DNA of 64,000 nt, from positions 838,800 through 902,799 of the forward strand of contig JBBAAO010000001.1 of assembly GCA_041658205.1 (NCBI GenBank), read 5' to 3'. Every line of letters starts with the position of its first letter. The first letter of the stretch is position 1. The translations under genes were made by a program, and so were the position numbers. Below, in pieces: positions 1 to 9,979 of this stretch. The notes beneath the pieces are model-generated. The model did not search any database. It worked only from the letters and a program-made list of their open reading frames with translations, and was not told the DNA's origin. Source of the stretch: Bacteroidota bacterium. GTDB lineage: Bacteria > Bacteroidota > Ignavibacteria > UBA10030 > UBA8401.

Positions 1-201
1 GAAGGAAAAAAGAAACGAAATATTATCTATGAGCAGCCGGAAATTAAAAAAATCAATGCGCTGAAATATGAACTTGAATCATTCATCACAGCAGTGCAAA
101 ATAATTCAAGGCCTGTTGTTAATGGCGAGGATGGACGAATGGCGCTTGATGTTGCCCAACAGATTATGAATAAAATACAAGTGCAAAAATTTAATGTATA
201 A
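1..201 (+). CDS. 3' end of an upstream gene (partial). The C-terminal ~66 aa resemble a Gfo/Idh/MocA-family oxidoreductase C-terminus.
   Basis: Frame 1 is open from the window edge to TAA at 199-201. The translation ...VNGEDGRMALDVAQQIMNKIQ... resembles the C-terminal segment of Gfo/Idh/MocA dehydrogenases. Confidence 0.45.
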   Translation, partial: EGKKKRNIIYEQPEIKKINALKYELESFITAVQNNSRPVVNGEDGRMALDVAQQIMNKIQVQKFNV

Positions 202-244
202 TTGTTCATCATTATAAAAACTATTTTTAAGTAAACAGATAGCT

Positions 245-1681
245 GTGTTACGATTTATGAAATTGGAAATCACAAATACGTTTCTCAAAAAAATCGGCGC
301 TGTTGCGGATGAACACTCTATAGAAGCATATGTCGTCGGCGGATATGTTCGCGACAAACTTCTCGGGAAAGAGGTGAGTGATATTGATATTGTCGTTGTC
401 GGAAACGGGATTGAGTTTGCCGAAGCTGTTGCCGTCGCATTGAAAAAGAGAAAGATCGTAACCTATGAAAAATTCGGAACGGCAATGATGCCAACCGAAG
501 GGGGAAAGATCGAATTTGTGGGAGCGCGGAAAGAAAGTTATCATCGAGATTCACGCAATCCTATCGTGGAAGTTGGAACGTTGGAGGAAGATCTTTCCCG
601 CCGTGATTTTACGATGAACGCACTTGCCATCTCGCTCAATTCAGCACAGCGGGGTGAATTGATGGATCCGTTTCATGGTGAAGCTGATCTTCACGAAAAA
701 ATTATTCGTACTCCGCTTGATCCGTTGGCGACATTTGATGATGATCCTCTTCGCATAATGCGTGCCATCCGATTTTCTTCTCAATTGGGATTCTCTATTG
801 AAGAGACAACACGAAATGCGATTCCTCAAATGAAAGAACGACTTGCCATTATTTCACAAGAACGGATTACAGAAGAGTTTATGAAGATAATGGCAAGCCC
901 TAAACCGTCTGTCGGTTTACGGTTGATGTTCGATACCGGCGTATTACACATTGTCTTCTCGGAAGTTGCTGAATTGTCCGGAGTCGACCAGCGTCAGGAT
1001 CATCATCACAAAGATGTCTTTCTTCACACCTGTCAGGTTGTAGATAATATCAGTGTCATGACGGGAAATATCTATTTGAGAATGGCAGCTCTCTTGCATG
1101 ACATTGCAAAACCAAAGACAAAAAAATTTATTGAAGGAATCGGTTGGACGTTCCATGGTCATGAAGAAATCGGCGCAAGAATGGTAAAGCATATCTTCCG
1201 CAAATTGAAGTTGCCATTCGAGCATATTCCATATGTCGAAAAAATTGTTCGTCTGCACCAGCGTCCAATGCAATTGGTGGATGAGACGGTTACTGATTCC
1301 GCCGTGCGGCGAATATTATTTGAAGCAGGAGAAGAGATTGACGATTTGATGACGCTTTGCAGAGCAGATATCACATCGAAAAATCCAAAATTGGTAAAGC
1401 AATATTCCGAAAATTACGATCAGGTCTATGCAAAGATGAGGGAAGTAGAGGAGAAAGATAAACTGCGTGCATTTCAACCTCCTGTACGTGGAGATGAAAT
1501 TATGCAAATATGCGATCTCCCTGCCGGAAAACTTGTTGGCGTTCTTAAATCAAAAATTGAAGAAGCAATTTTGGAAGGCCGTATACCGAATGAACACGAT
1601 CCTGCGTTGAAGTTCCTCTTAGAGATTAAGGATGATGTTGTCCGCGAATATCATTCTCAATCATCCAATCAATCCCTTTAA
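245..1681 (+). CDS. tRNA nucleotidyltransferase (CCA-adding enzyme) / poly(A) polymerase family protein with an HD domain
   Basis: 478-aa ORF. The N-terminus has the Pol-beta nucleotidyltransferase head motif GGYVRDKLLGKEVSDIDIVV...RRDFTMNAL. The central region has HD-domain motifs (HHHKDVFLHT, LLHDIAKP). GTG at 245; the first ATG is at 257. Confidence 0.8.
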   Translation: MLRFMKLEITNTFLKKIGAVADEHSIEAYVVGGYVRDKLLGKEVSDIDIVVVGNGIEFAEAVAVALKKRKIVTYEKFGTAMMPTEGGKIEFVGARKESYHRDSRNPIVEVGTLEEDLSRRDFTMNALAISLNSAQRGELMDPFHGEADLHEKIIRTPLDPLATFDDDPLRIMRAIRFSSQLGFSIEETTRNAIPQMKERLAIISQERITEEFMKIMASPKPSVGLRLMFDTGVLHIVFSEVAELSGVDQRQDHHHKDVFLHTCQVVDNISVMTGNIYLRMAALLHDIAKPKTKKFIEGIGWTFHGHEEIGARMVKHIFRKLKLPFEHIPYVEKIVRLHQRPMQLVDETVTDSAVRRILFEAGEEIDDLMTLCRADITSKNPKLVKQYSENYDQVYAKMREVEEKDKLRAFQPPVRGDEIMQICDLPAGKLVGVLKSKIEEAILEGRIPNEHDPALKFLLEIKDDVVREYHSQSSNQSL

Positions 1682-1836
1682 GGTAACTGTTTCATCATCT
1701 TTATTAATCCAAAAATTTGCAGTTAAACTTGCTTACGAAAATACCGTCCAACAACTAAGAATTTTGACTTTTGTTGTAACTTTTGGCAATAAACACCGTT
1801 AAAATCACATAGTTTTGTTAAACTTCGGAGATAGAA

Positions 1837-3147
1837 ATGAAAAATATCCTCACTATTGCGCTAATTTCGCTGTTTTCTATAGCAGCAGTCCAGGCGCAAG
1901 AGAACATGACGCTACAACAAGCCGTTCAAACCGCCCTCGAAAAAAATATTGATGTAATCCGCTCAAAAAATTCCATGCAAATTTCAGATGCAAATGTTAC
2001 TGCGGCATATGGAAATTTTATTCCCTCACTTTCAGCATCGGCAAGTATGGGACGTAATGGTTCAACATCCACGACACCGGTTGGTGATGTGATTAATGCA
2101 AATGGATCGGTCAGCGCAGGTTTGAATGCTAACGTGACATTGTTCGATGGTTTTCGAAATACTTCATCATTAAATAGAGCAACATCATCAGCGGATGCAG
2201 CTGCTTTTAACTATGCAAAACAAAAACAAAATACCGTGCTTGCTGTTGAACAGGCATATCTTACTGTGCTGCGAAATGAGCAATTATTGAAAGTAAGTCA
2301 GGAAAATCTAAAACGATCACAGCAGCAGCTTTCCCGCATTGAAGAATCAAATAAAGTAGGTGCGTTAGCAAAATCCGATGTGTACCGGCAACAAGTGCAG
2401 ACGGCAAATGATGAGTTGGCTCTGATCAACGCACAAAGCAATTATGATAATTCCAAACAAGATTTACTTTATGTGTTATCGCTTGACGTGACAAAAGATT
2501 ATCTCTTCGTGGATGCGTCGGTACTTCAACAGATTGAAGGATTAATTTCTGACTCTCTCCATCAGGAATATGCAGATTATAACAAACTGGTGCAGGAAGC
2601 ATTGGACTCGCGGCCGGACTACAAATCATCGTTATTAGCAAAGCAGATATCGGAAAATGATCTTACTATTTCACGTTCCGGCCATTACCCGACGTTGAGT
2701 TTGGGTGCAGGATACGGTTATGCAGGAAATGATTTTGGAACATTGACCGATTCCAAAACATGGAATTGGAGATTGTCATTGTCTGTCCCGATTTTTAACG
2801 GATTTCAAACCAGCACGCAGACACAAACGAGTCAGTTAAATTTTGAACTTGCCGAACAGCAAGTTGAGCAGGCAAAACGGAGTGTTGCAAAGGATGTCCG
2901 GTCGTCATTATTGACTCTTGAAACTGCGCGAAAACGGTATGATGTCTCATTGAAAAATATGAAATCGGCTGAAGAAGATCGCCGAATTGCTGAAGAGCGC
3001 TATAATCTCGGTTCAAATACATTGCTGGATTTACTTGTTGCAACAGCAAACTATACGCAGGCTATTAGCAACAAAGTATCATCATCATATGATTTTGTTT
3101 ACGCGAAACTGCAGTTCAGAATCGCAGTCGGAAGAGAAAAGTATTAA
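1837..3147 (+). CDS. TolC-family outer-membrane efflux channel protein
   Basis: 436 aa with a signal peptide (MKNILTIALISLFSIAAVQAQ). It has two repeated coiled-coil halves (LTLQQAVQTALEKNIDV...; ...LNFELAEQQVEQAKR...) typical of OEP/TolC. It is the first gene of an efflux operon and has an RBS GGAGATAGAAATG. Confidence 0.8.
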   Translation: MKNILTIALISLFSIAAVQAQENMTLQQAVQTALEKNIDVIRSKNSMQISDANVTAAYGNFIPSLSASASMGRNGSTSTTPVGDVINANGSVSAGLNANVTLFDGFRNTSSLNRATSSADAAAFNYAKQKQNTVLAVEQAYLTVLRNEQLLKVSQENLKRSQQQLSRIEESNKVGALAKSDVYRQQVQTANDELALINAQSNYDNSKQDLLYVLSLDVTKDYLFVDASVLQQIEGLISDSLHQEYADYNKLVQEALDSRPDYKSSLLAKQISENDLTISRSGHYPTLSLGAGYGYAGNDFGTLTDSKTWNWRLSLSVPIFNGFQTSTQTQTSQLNFELAEQQVEQAKRSVAKDVRSSLLTLETARKRYDVSLKNMKSAEEDRRIAEERYNLGSNTLLDLLVATANYTQAISNKVSSSYDFVYAKLQFRIAVGREKY

Positions 3148-3170
3148 TACATTATTTTAATGGAGTAGTT

Positions 3171-4472
3171 ATGGCAAATGGCAAAAAAAATAAAAAGAAA
3201 CTGTTCATCTTTTCCGGCATCGGTGTTGTTGCAATCGTGCTGGTGCTTGTTGTTGTGCTTGGAAGCAAAAAAGAGAACATCATTACTGTTCAATCAGAAA
3301 AGGTTGGCCGTCGCACAATCACTCAAATGGTGAATGCTTCCGGAAAAATTCAACCGGAAACGATGGTGAAGATCAATGCTGAAGTGAGCGGCGAAATTAC
3401 GGTGCTTCCCGTGAAAGAGGGAGACAAAATAAAAAAAGGTGAACTGCTTGTCCGGATCAAACCGGATCAATATCAAGCACAAGTTGATCGTGCAGAAGCG
3501 GGACTTCAATCTGCGCGTGCCAGCATGAATTTACAGAAATCGAACCTTGAAAAAGCGGAATCAGAATTTAAACGTGCGCAAGAATTGTTTGAAAAGAAAC
3601 TCTTGTCTGATCAGGAATTCATTTCTGCAAAAACATCGTTCAGTGCGGCAAAGTCACAATTCGAATCATCGCAGGCAGGTGTTCGTCAAGCTGAAGCGTC
3701 ATTCCGTGATGCAAAGGAAAGCCTGAATAAAACATCGATCTATTCGCCGATGCACGGTACCATCTCGCAGTTGATTTCTGAACTTGGAGAACGAGTCAGC
3801 GGCAGCGGATTCACACAAGGGACACAAATCATGACTGTTGCCGACCTTTCCATGATGGAAGCTCGTGTCGATGTCGGTGAAAATGATATCGTCAACATTT
3901 CCATCGGCGATACATCCCGCATTACTATTGATGCGTATCCTGACAAAAAATTTGTCGGTATTGTCTATGAGATTGCCAATACTGCAAAATCGAAAGGGCT
4001 CGGAACACAGGAAGAAGTCACAAATTTTGAGGTAAAAATTCGCATCTTAGATAAAGATATCGCGCTCCGTCCTGGTATGTCCATGACTGCCGATATTGAA
4101 ACAGAAACAAAGAAGAATGCTATTGCCGTCCCGATTCAAAGTGTTACAACACGTGCTCCAAAACCCAAAGAGGGTGATAAACCAAAAGAAGAGTTACCCC
4201 AGTCACCAGGTGGCCCGGGTGGAATGTCAATGAATGAAAAACCGATTGAATGTGTTTTTATTGTTGAAAACGGCAAAGCGAAAATGGTTCCGGTAAAGCG
4301 CGGGATTAATGACGAAGGATATGTCGAAATTATCTCCGGAATGACTCAGGATATCGAAGTGATCAGCGGAACGTACAAAGCAATCAATCGTGATTTGGAG
4401 GATGGTTCAGTCGTGAAGGTCGAAAACTCCGCTGCCAAGTTTGCAATGGGCAAACCGGGTGAAAATAAATAA
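3171..4472 (+). CDS. Efflux-transporter periplasmic adaptor (membrane fusion protein, HlyD/MacA family)
   Basis: 433 aa with an N-terminal TM anchor, biotinyl-lipoyl-like hairpin (GEITVLPVKEGDKIKKGELLVRI), long coiled coil and β-barrel domain. Lies between TolC and ABC components. Confidence 0.8.
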   Translation: MANGKKNKKKLFIFSGIGVVAIVLVLVVVLGSKKENIITVQSEKVGRRTITQMVNASGKIQPETMVKINAEVSGEITVLPVKEGDKIKKGELLVRIKPDQYQAQVDRAEAGLQSARASMNLQKSNLEKAESEFKRAQELFEKKLLSDQEFISAKTSFSAAKSQFESSQAGVRQAEASFRDAKESLNKTSIYSPMHGTISQLISELGERVSGSGFTQGTQIMTVADLSMMEARVDVGENDIVNISIGDTSRITIDAYPDKKFVGIVYEIANTAKSKGLGTQEEVTNFEVKIRILDKDIALRPGMSMTADIETETKKNAIAVPIQSVTTRAPKPKEGDKPKEELPQSPGGPGGMSMNEKPIECVFIVENGKAKMVPVKRGINDEGYVEIISGMTQDIEVISGTYKAINRDLEDGSVVKVENSAAKFAMGKPGENK

Positions 4473-4484
4473 TACAGTTGCCTA

Positions 4485-5438
4485 ATGACAATGAACTGCA
4501 AACTTCTTATTCTGCTAGCGTCTTTCGGGATGTACGCTTTTAGTCAGGTTGATAGTACGGGAATAAAGCTGTTGAGTGGAAGACAATTTACCGAAGCTCA
4601 ATCGTTTTTTGAATCAGCGATAAAGAAAAATTCCAAAGATGCAGACGCACACTACTATCTTGCATTGTCATTCATGGGACAGAGGAATTTGGATGATGCT
4701 GAAGATGAAATTGACGAAGCAATCGATCTGAATGAACATGTCTCCAAGTATCACATTGCGCGCGGTAATATTCTGGGGTTGCAAACAATGAATGCCAATC
4801 CGGTGTCGCAGGCGTTTCTTGCTCCAAAAGTGAAAAATGCATATTTACGAGGATCGGAGCTTGATCCAAATAATATTGAAGCTCGGCAAGCGTTATATAA
4901 TTATTATGTGATGGCGCCCGGAATTATGGGTGGAAGCGAGGAGAAGGCATTTGAACAAGCAAATGCGATTGTGAAGTTGAACCCGTTCCGAGGTTATATG
5001 ATGTTGGCGAATTTTCATATGAGAGTGAATAAGGATACGATAGAAGCGGAAAAGCAGATCAAAAAAGCGATCAGTGCTGAACCGGAACGGGGAGATGGTT
5101 ATAAGCAGCTGGGGTACCATTATCTAAATCGAAAACGATTTCAGGATGCATATATTCAAATGCAAAAGTTTATCGATGCGGAACCGAAGAATCCGGATTC
5201 CTACGACAGTTATGGAGATGTTTTCAAAGCAGAAAAAAAATACGATCAGGCAATTGAAAAATACCATAGAGCGTTATCAGTTGATAAAACATTCAGTGCT
5301 TCAATTTATTCCCTTGCAGAATGTTACGAGTTGAAAGGTCAAAGACAAAAAGCGAAAGAAACATTCCAATGGTTTATCGCTGTTGATCCGCACAACCGAC
5401 GTGCAGATACTGCGCAAAAGAAAATCAAAGAATTATAG
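4485..5438 (+). CDS. Tetratricopeptide-repeat (TPR) protein, exported
   Basis: 317 aa with a signal peptide. It has repeated TPR-like helices ([19 protein letters not shown]..., [20 protein letters not shown]..., [17 protein letters not shown]...). It sits inside the efflux operon. Confidence 0.65.
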   Translation: MTMNCKLLILLASFGMYAFSQVDSTGIKLLSGRQFTEAQSFFESAIKKNSKDADAHYYLALSFMGQRNLDDAEDEIDEAIDLNEHVSKYHIARGNILGLQTMNANPVSQAFLAPKVKNAYLRGSELDPNNIEARQALYNYYVMAPGIMGGSEEKAFEQANAIVKLNPFRGYMMLANFHMRVNKDTIEAEKQIKKAISAEPERGDGYKQLGYHYLNRKRFQDAYIQMQKFIDAEPKNPDSYDSYGDVFKAEKKYDQAIEKYHRALSVDKTFSASIYSLAECYELKGQRQKAKETFQWFIAVDPHNRRADTAQKKIKEL

Positions 5439-5445
5439 GATCCCT

Positions 5446-6159
5446 ATGCAACCAGTCATCAATATTAAAAATATCAAAAAAACCTATGTGATGGGAACGG
5501 TGGAGGTCAATGCACTTGTTGACGTTTCAGTTCAAATCGTTAAGAACGAGTATGTTGCCATCATGGGTCCTTCGGGTTCCGGGAAATCGACATTGATGAA
5601 TGTGATCGGTTGTCTTGATACCCCTACATCAGGTCTCTACGAATTTAACGGAGTGAACGTCAGCGAGATGAATGATAACGAGCTGGCAAAGATCAGAAAT
5701 AAAGAGATCGGGTTTGTCTTCCAAACCTTTAACTTATTAGCCCGTTCGAATGCGCTGCATAACGTTGAACTTCCGTTGATCTATTCGGGAATGAAAAAGG
5801 GTCTTCGAACAAAACTTGCAGAAGAAGCGCTGGGTCACGTAAAGCTTGAAGATCGGATGCATCATAAACCAAATGAACTTTCCGGCGGTCAGCGACAGCG
5901 TGTGGCAATTGCTCGGGCATTGGTAACAAAGCCATCCATCATTCTTGCGGACGAACCGACTGGTAATCTTGATTCGAAGACGGGTGTGGAGATTATGGGA
6001 TTATTCAATGAGCTTCACGCTCAAGGAAACACAATTATCCTTGTCACTCATGAAGAGGATATTGCGCGTCATGCTCACAGAATTATCCGTGTGCGCGACG
6101 GGCTTGTAGAAAGTGATACTGTTGTTGATGATAGAATATTGCCAGGCGTTCACGTTTAA
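5446..6159 (+). CDS. ABC transporter ATP-binding protein (MacB/LolD-like ATPase)
   Basis: Walker [10 protein letters not shown], signature [15 protein letters not shown], Walker [13 protein letters not shown] and H-loop VTHE. The ORF-track start at 5383 overlaps the TPR gene. The in-frame ATG at 5446 ([14 protein letters not shown]) is the likely start. Confidence 0.9.
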   Translation: MQPVINIKNIKKTYVMGTVEVNALVDVSVQIVKNEYVAIMGPSGSGKSTLMNVIGCLDTPTSGLYEFNGVNVSEMNDNELAKIRNKEIGFVFQTFNLLARSNALHNVELPLIYSGMKKGLRTKLAEEALGHVKLEDRMHHKPNELSGGQRQRVAIARALVTKPSIILADEPTGNLDSKTGVEIMGLFNELHAQGNTIILVTHEEDIARHAHRIIRVRDGLVESDTVVDDRILPGVHV

Positions 6160-6189
6160 TTTTTTTTATTCCCACCAAATGGTGAACTT

Positions 6190-7425
6190 ATGAAAATGTC
6201 AGATTTTGCGTACGAAGTGAAAGAAGGACTTGGGATCTCGTTCCAGGCGATCCGGGCAAATAAAATGCGCTCAGTCCTGACAACACTTGGTATTGTGATC
6301 GGTATTGTTTCGGTTACATTAATGGGAACGGCCATCGAAGGGATGAGCAGATCATTTAATGAAATGGTTTCGAAGCTTGGTGCGGATGTTTTGTATGTAC
6401 AAAAATTTTCGTGGTTTTCGAGCGAGGAAGAATGGCTTGCATCACGCAATCGAAAGAATATCGATTTAAAACAATTTCGAGCAGTTCGAGATCAGGGAAC
6501 CACGATCAGTGCTCTCAGTCCGGTGACCGGTCGCAGGGCTCCAATTAAATACCGCAGTATTACTTCGGATGGAATCTCCGTACAGGGAGTTAATGATCAA
6601 TATGTTCAAGTTGCCGGTCTCAACCTTGAAATGGGAAGATTCTTTTCTCAATCGGAGTCTAATGGTGCTCGTCCGGTAACAGTGCTCGGATATACCACTG
6701 CCGAAAAATTATTTCCCAATGAGAATCCGCTTGGTAAAAATGTTAAAATCGGAGCGCATACATTTCGCGTTGTCGGAGTTGCGACAAAACAAGGGAGTTT
6801 TTTAGGGATGGATTTTGATAATACTGCTTTCATCCCTATCACAAACTTCCTGCAGAAGTTTGCCAATCATCGCAGGGGGCTCACGATTCAAGTGAAAGCT
6901 GCAAACATTAATGATCTTGACAATACAAAGGAAGAGATCCGCGGTATCATGCGAAAAGTACGAGGAGTAAAACCGGGAGTAAAAGATGATTTTTCGATCA
7001 ATCAACAAGAAATGTTTATCCAAACATTTAATCAGATTGGCGGAGTGATTGCAGGAATTGGATTATTTATTACGGCGCTTTCTTTGTTTGTTGGTGCCAT
7101 CGGAATTATGAACATCATGTTCGTTTCCGTGACCGAACGAACGAAGGAAATTGGAATTCGAAAAGCTATTGGTGCAAAGCGCTCGACAATCTTGTTCCAG
7201 TTTTTGATCGAGTCTGCGGCATTGGCACTTTTTGGCGGTATCATCGGGATTATTATTTCCTATCCATTAAGCTTAATGATTAATCAGATTCTTCCGACGT
7301 CCATGCCGCTATCGGTTGTAGGAATAGCAATATTCATTTCGTTGCTTGTCGGAGTTGTGTCCGGCTTCCTACCGGCAAATCGTGCATCGAAAATGGATCC
7401 TGTTGAAGCGTTGCGCCACGAATAA
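6190..7425 (+). CDS. ABC transporter permease, FtsX/MacB family
   Basis: 411 aa with an N-terminal TM, a large periplasmic domain and a C-terminal 3-TM FtsX core with the conserved MNIMFVSVTERTKEIGIRKAIGA motif. Confidence 0.85.
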   Translation: MKMSDFAYEVKEGLGISFQAIRANKMRSVLTTLGIVIGIVSVTLMGTAIEGMSRSFNEMVSKLGADVLYVQKFSWFSSEEEWLASRNRKNIDLKQFRAVRDQGTTISALSPVTGRRAPIKYRSITSDGISVQGVNDQYVQVAGLNLEMGRFFSQSESNGARPVTVLGYTTAEKLFPNENPLGKNVKIGAHTFRVVGVATKQGSFLGMDFDNTAFIPITNFLQKFANHRRGLTIQVKAANINDLDNTKEEIRGIMRKVRGVKPGVKDDFSINQQEMFIQTFNQIGGVIAGIGLFITALSLFVGAIGIMNIMFVSVTERTKEIGIRKAIGAKRSTILFQFLIESAALALFGGIIGIIISYPLSLMINQILPTSMPLSVVGIAIFISLLVGVVSGFLPANRASKMDPVEALRHE

Positions 7426-7443
7426 CATTGAGGAAGTGAAAGT

Positions 7444-8721
7444 ATGCAAGTTCAAGAAAGTATAGGAATGGCACTGAACGCAATTCGTGTAAACAAATTG
7501 CGTTCCGTCTTAACACTGCTCGGAATTGGTGTCGGTGTTTTTTCCATTATCGGTGTTATGACTGCTATGGGTGTTTTGCAGAATGCCATTGAGACGGGGG
7601 TGAGTCAATTAGGTGCGAATACGTTCCAGATTCAAAAATATCCGGCGAATGGTTTTAATGATCATGATCGTTCACGTTTTCGCAATCGGAAGGACATCAC
7701 GTATGAACAGGCAGAATTGTTTTATGATCGAATGAAACTTGCTAAGTATGTCGGTTTGGAAGTCTGGACATTCGGGAAAATTGCTGAATATAAAAATATA
7801 AAGACTAATCCTAGTGTGCAGGTTGCCGGTGAATCGATAGATGGATTGGCGACAAATAATTGGAATGTTGAATTTGGCCGTTCCTATACCAATCAGGAAG
7901 TTCAATCGGCTTCGAAAGTAGCGGTGATTGGGAGTGATGTTGTTAAAAAATTATTCCCAATTGGTAATCCAATTGGTGAATTTATCCGAGCTGACGGAAT
8001 TCAATATAAAGTGATCGGTACGCTAGTCGATAAAGGTTCCGTGTTAGGAGGCTCCCAAGGGAACATGGTTATTATACCTATCACCACCCATCTTAATATT
8101 TACGGCAGAGATCGTTCCGTCAATATCATGGTCTCAGCACGCGATCAAAACACTTACAATGAAGTATTGGAGTTCTCTCGCGGTGTGCTGAGAGTGATTC
8201 GTCAAGTGCCGCCGGGTGAACCGGATGATTTTGAAATTTTTTCCAACGACACGGTAATTGCTCAGTTCAATGAAACGACATTCATGATCAAGATCGGAGC
8301 ATTAGGGATTGCTTGCATTGCATTGCTTGCAGCAGGTGTCGGTATTATGAATATCATGCTCGTGTCGGTGACTGAGCGGACAAAAGAAATTGGTATCAGA
8401 AAGGCATTAGGAGCAACAAAAACTAATGTCTTATCGCAATTTCTAACGGAATCAGTTGTATTCTCTCAGATCGGCGGAGTGATAGGTATTGTCTGCGGTT
8501 CGATTATGGGAAATATTGTATCGTTGTTATTGGATGCGCCTCCCATCTATCCTTGGAATAATTCTGTGGCGATTTTGCAGACTCCTCTGTTAGATTTTAC
8601 CGCACTCGAAATGAACATTACCGCCTTAATTTTCTGTTCTATCATCGGGATTGTTTTTGGAGTGTATCCTGCTTGGAAGGCTGCTAATTTGGATCCCATC
8701 GAAGCTCTTCGATTTGAATAA
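7444..8721 (+). CDS. ABC transporter permease, FtsX/MacB family (second paralog)
   Basis: 425 aa with the same architecture and motif MNIMLVSVTERTKEIGIRKALGA. RBS GAGGAAGTGAAAGTATG. Confidence 0.85.
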   Translation: MQVQESIGMALNAIRVNKLRSVLTLLGIGVGVFSIIGVMTAMGVLQNAIETGVSQLGANTFQIQKYPANGFNDHDRSRFRNRKDITYEQAELFYDRMKLAKYVGLEVWTFGKIAEYKNIKTNPSVQVAGESIDGLATNNWNVEFGRSYTNQEVQSASKVAVIGSDVVKKLFPIGNPIGEFIRADGIQYKVIGTLVDKGSVLGGSQGNMVIIPITTHLNIYGRDRSVNIMVSARDQNTYNEVLEFSRGVLRVIRQVPPGEPDDFEIFSNDTVIAQFNETTFMIKIGALGIACIALLAAGVGIMNIMLVSVTERTKEIGIRKALGATKTNVLSQFLTESVVFSQIGGVIGIVCGSIMGNIVSLLLDAPPIYPWNNSVAILQTPLLDFTALEMNITALIFCSIIGIVFGVYPAWKAANLDPIEALRFE

Positions 8722-8726
8722 TTAGT

Positions 8727-8762
8727 TACGTGACCGTCACCTCGTAGGTGACAGTCACGTTT
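8727..8762. terminator. Palindromic hairpin between convergent genes (likely bidirectional terminator). It shares a core with the element at 30163-30195.
   Basis: ACGTGACCGTCACCT-cgta-GGTGACAGTCACGT forms a 14-bp stem with one mismatch, followed by TTGTTATTTTT. Confidence 0.6.
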
Positions 8763-8763
8763 G

Positions 8764-9864
8764 TTATTTTTGGAGCATCAACACTACTTCTTTATCAAAC
8801 TTTGGCAGCTCGCCATTTTGTTCCGCCAACTGCTGATACTTTCCAAAAAAATCTCCAACACCATTCTCTAAACATTCAGTCAACGATTGTCTGCCAAGTT
8901 TTGCATCAATGGAATGTGCCATTAATAATCCTGCCGTTGCGCCGTAATTCTTTTCGTACGAACCGGACAGATTGGAATTCATAATCAATTCGCGGGCACG
9001 ACTAGATGTTATGGATGGGGAAGATAATTCTTTCAATGCATTATTAAGATCACCCACAGATTGCCGAGCGGCAGTAAGTCTGTCTGCCGGTAACTCACCG
9101 CCGTTTCGCTGTTGCAGCGAGATGAGATAAGCAAATCCTTCGTTTTGAGTCAGTTCTGCCAGCGTCCAATATGGTTCCGGATTGTTTTCTAATGCCTTCC
9201 AAGTCGGAGAAGTTTGTTGATACACTCCGAAGATTGCATGAAATGTTTCGTGTGCCAGCGTGCTCATCATATCCACAAATTGAATCTGGATATCGCGGAT
9301 ATGCTGAACAGATCTTGTTACATTCACAACAATCGTCAATTCTCCTTCGCCGTCTCCCACAAACATTGGAATATTATCCCGCCAGACAACACTGCGGACG
9401 AATGCTGCGGCATTTTCATTTCCTAATGCCACGAAATACACCGGGATGGACGCAGTAATTCGTGTTTGCGATGGGAAAAAGGGAGAAATAGTTGCAAGAA
9501 CTTTTCGATCAAGGTTTCGTCTTTTTGATTCCTGCGATAATGCTTTTATCTGTTGCAGATAAACGGATGAAGCACTCAATCCAAACATGTCGTTGGAAAG
9601 ACTCGCTCCGTTTCGAAACCGTTCAAGCTCGCGTGAAAAAAGCTGGGTGGAATATTTTTCTCTGGCAAGCAGTGCACTTGTAGAAGCTGCTATTTGATTT
9701 CCTTTTAATTCGGCAACTCGATTGACATTGGCGATTTTTCCTTCGCTCAATTCAATCAATGCATCTACTGAAGAAAAATCCAAACGAAGCGTGACGTTGA
9801 AGTTTGATTGACTGAAAGCAACAGCGTACAGCAGAAACTGGAACAGACTAAAAAATATTTTCAT
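8764..9864 (-). CDS. Hypothetical exported protein with an HExxH motif (possible zinc-dependent peptidase-like, DUF-type)
   Basis: 366 aa with a signal peptide (MKIFFSLFQFLLYAVAFSQ). The only recognisable motif is LAHETFHAIFG (HExxH). Assignment is tentative. Confidence 0.5.
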   Translation of the reverse strand: MKIFFSLFQFLLYAVAFSQSNFNVTLRLDFSSVDALIELSEGKIANVNRVAELKGNQIAASTSALLAREKYSTQLFSRELERFRNGASLSNDMFGLSASSVYLQQIKALSQESKRRNLDRKVLATISPFFPSQTRITASIPVYFVALGNENAAAFVRSVVWRDNIPMFVGDGEGELTIVVNVTRSVQHIRDIQIQFVDMMSTLAHETFHAIFGVYQQTSPTWKALENNPEPYWTLAELTQNEGFAYLISLQQRNGGELPADRLTAARQSVGDLNNALKELSSPSITSSRARELIMNSNLSGSYEKNYGATAGLLMAHSIDAKLGRQSLTECLENGVGDFFGKYQQLAEQNGELPKFDKEVVLMLQK

Positions 9865-9979
9865 TGTGAAAGATAATGAGACAATTCACCAAAAACAAAG
9901 AGAGAAATATATTCTTGCTTGTCATCCACACAATACTGAAATTTATGCATCATTATGAAAGTGTCCTGAATAAATATTT

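Noticed and set aside
5146-5334. 62-aa ORF inside the TPR gene region
   Set aside because: It is out of frame within the TPR coding sequence and is a shadow ORF.
8748-8984. 78-aa ORF on the + strand
   Set aside because: It lies entirely within, and antisense to, the 8764-9864 minus-strand gene. It starts inside the terminator hairpin and has no RBS. It is a shadow ORF.
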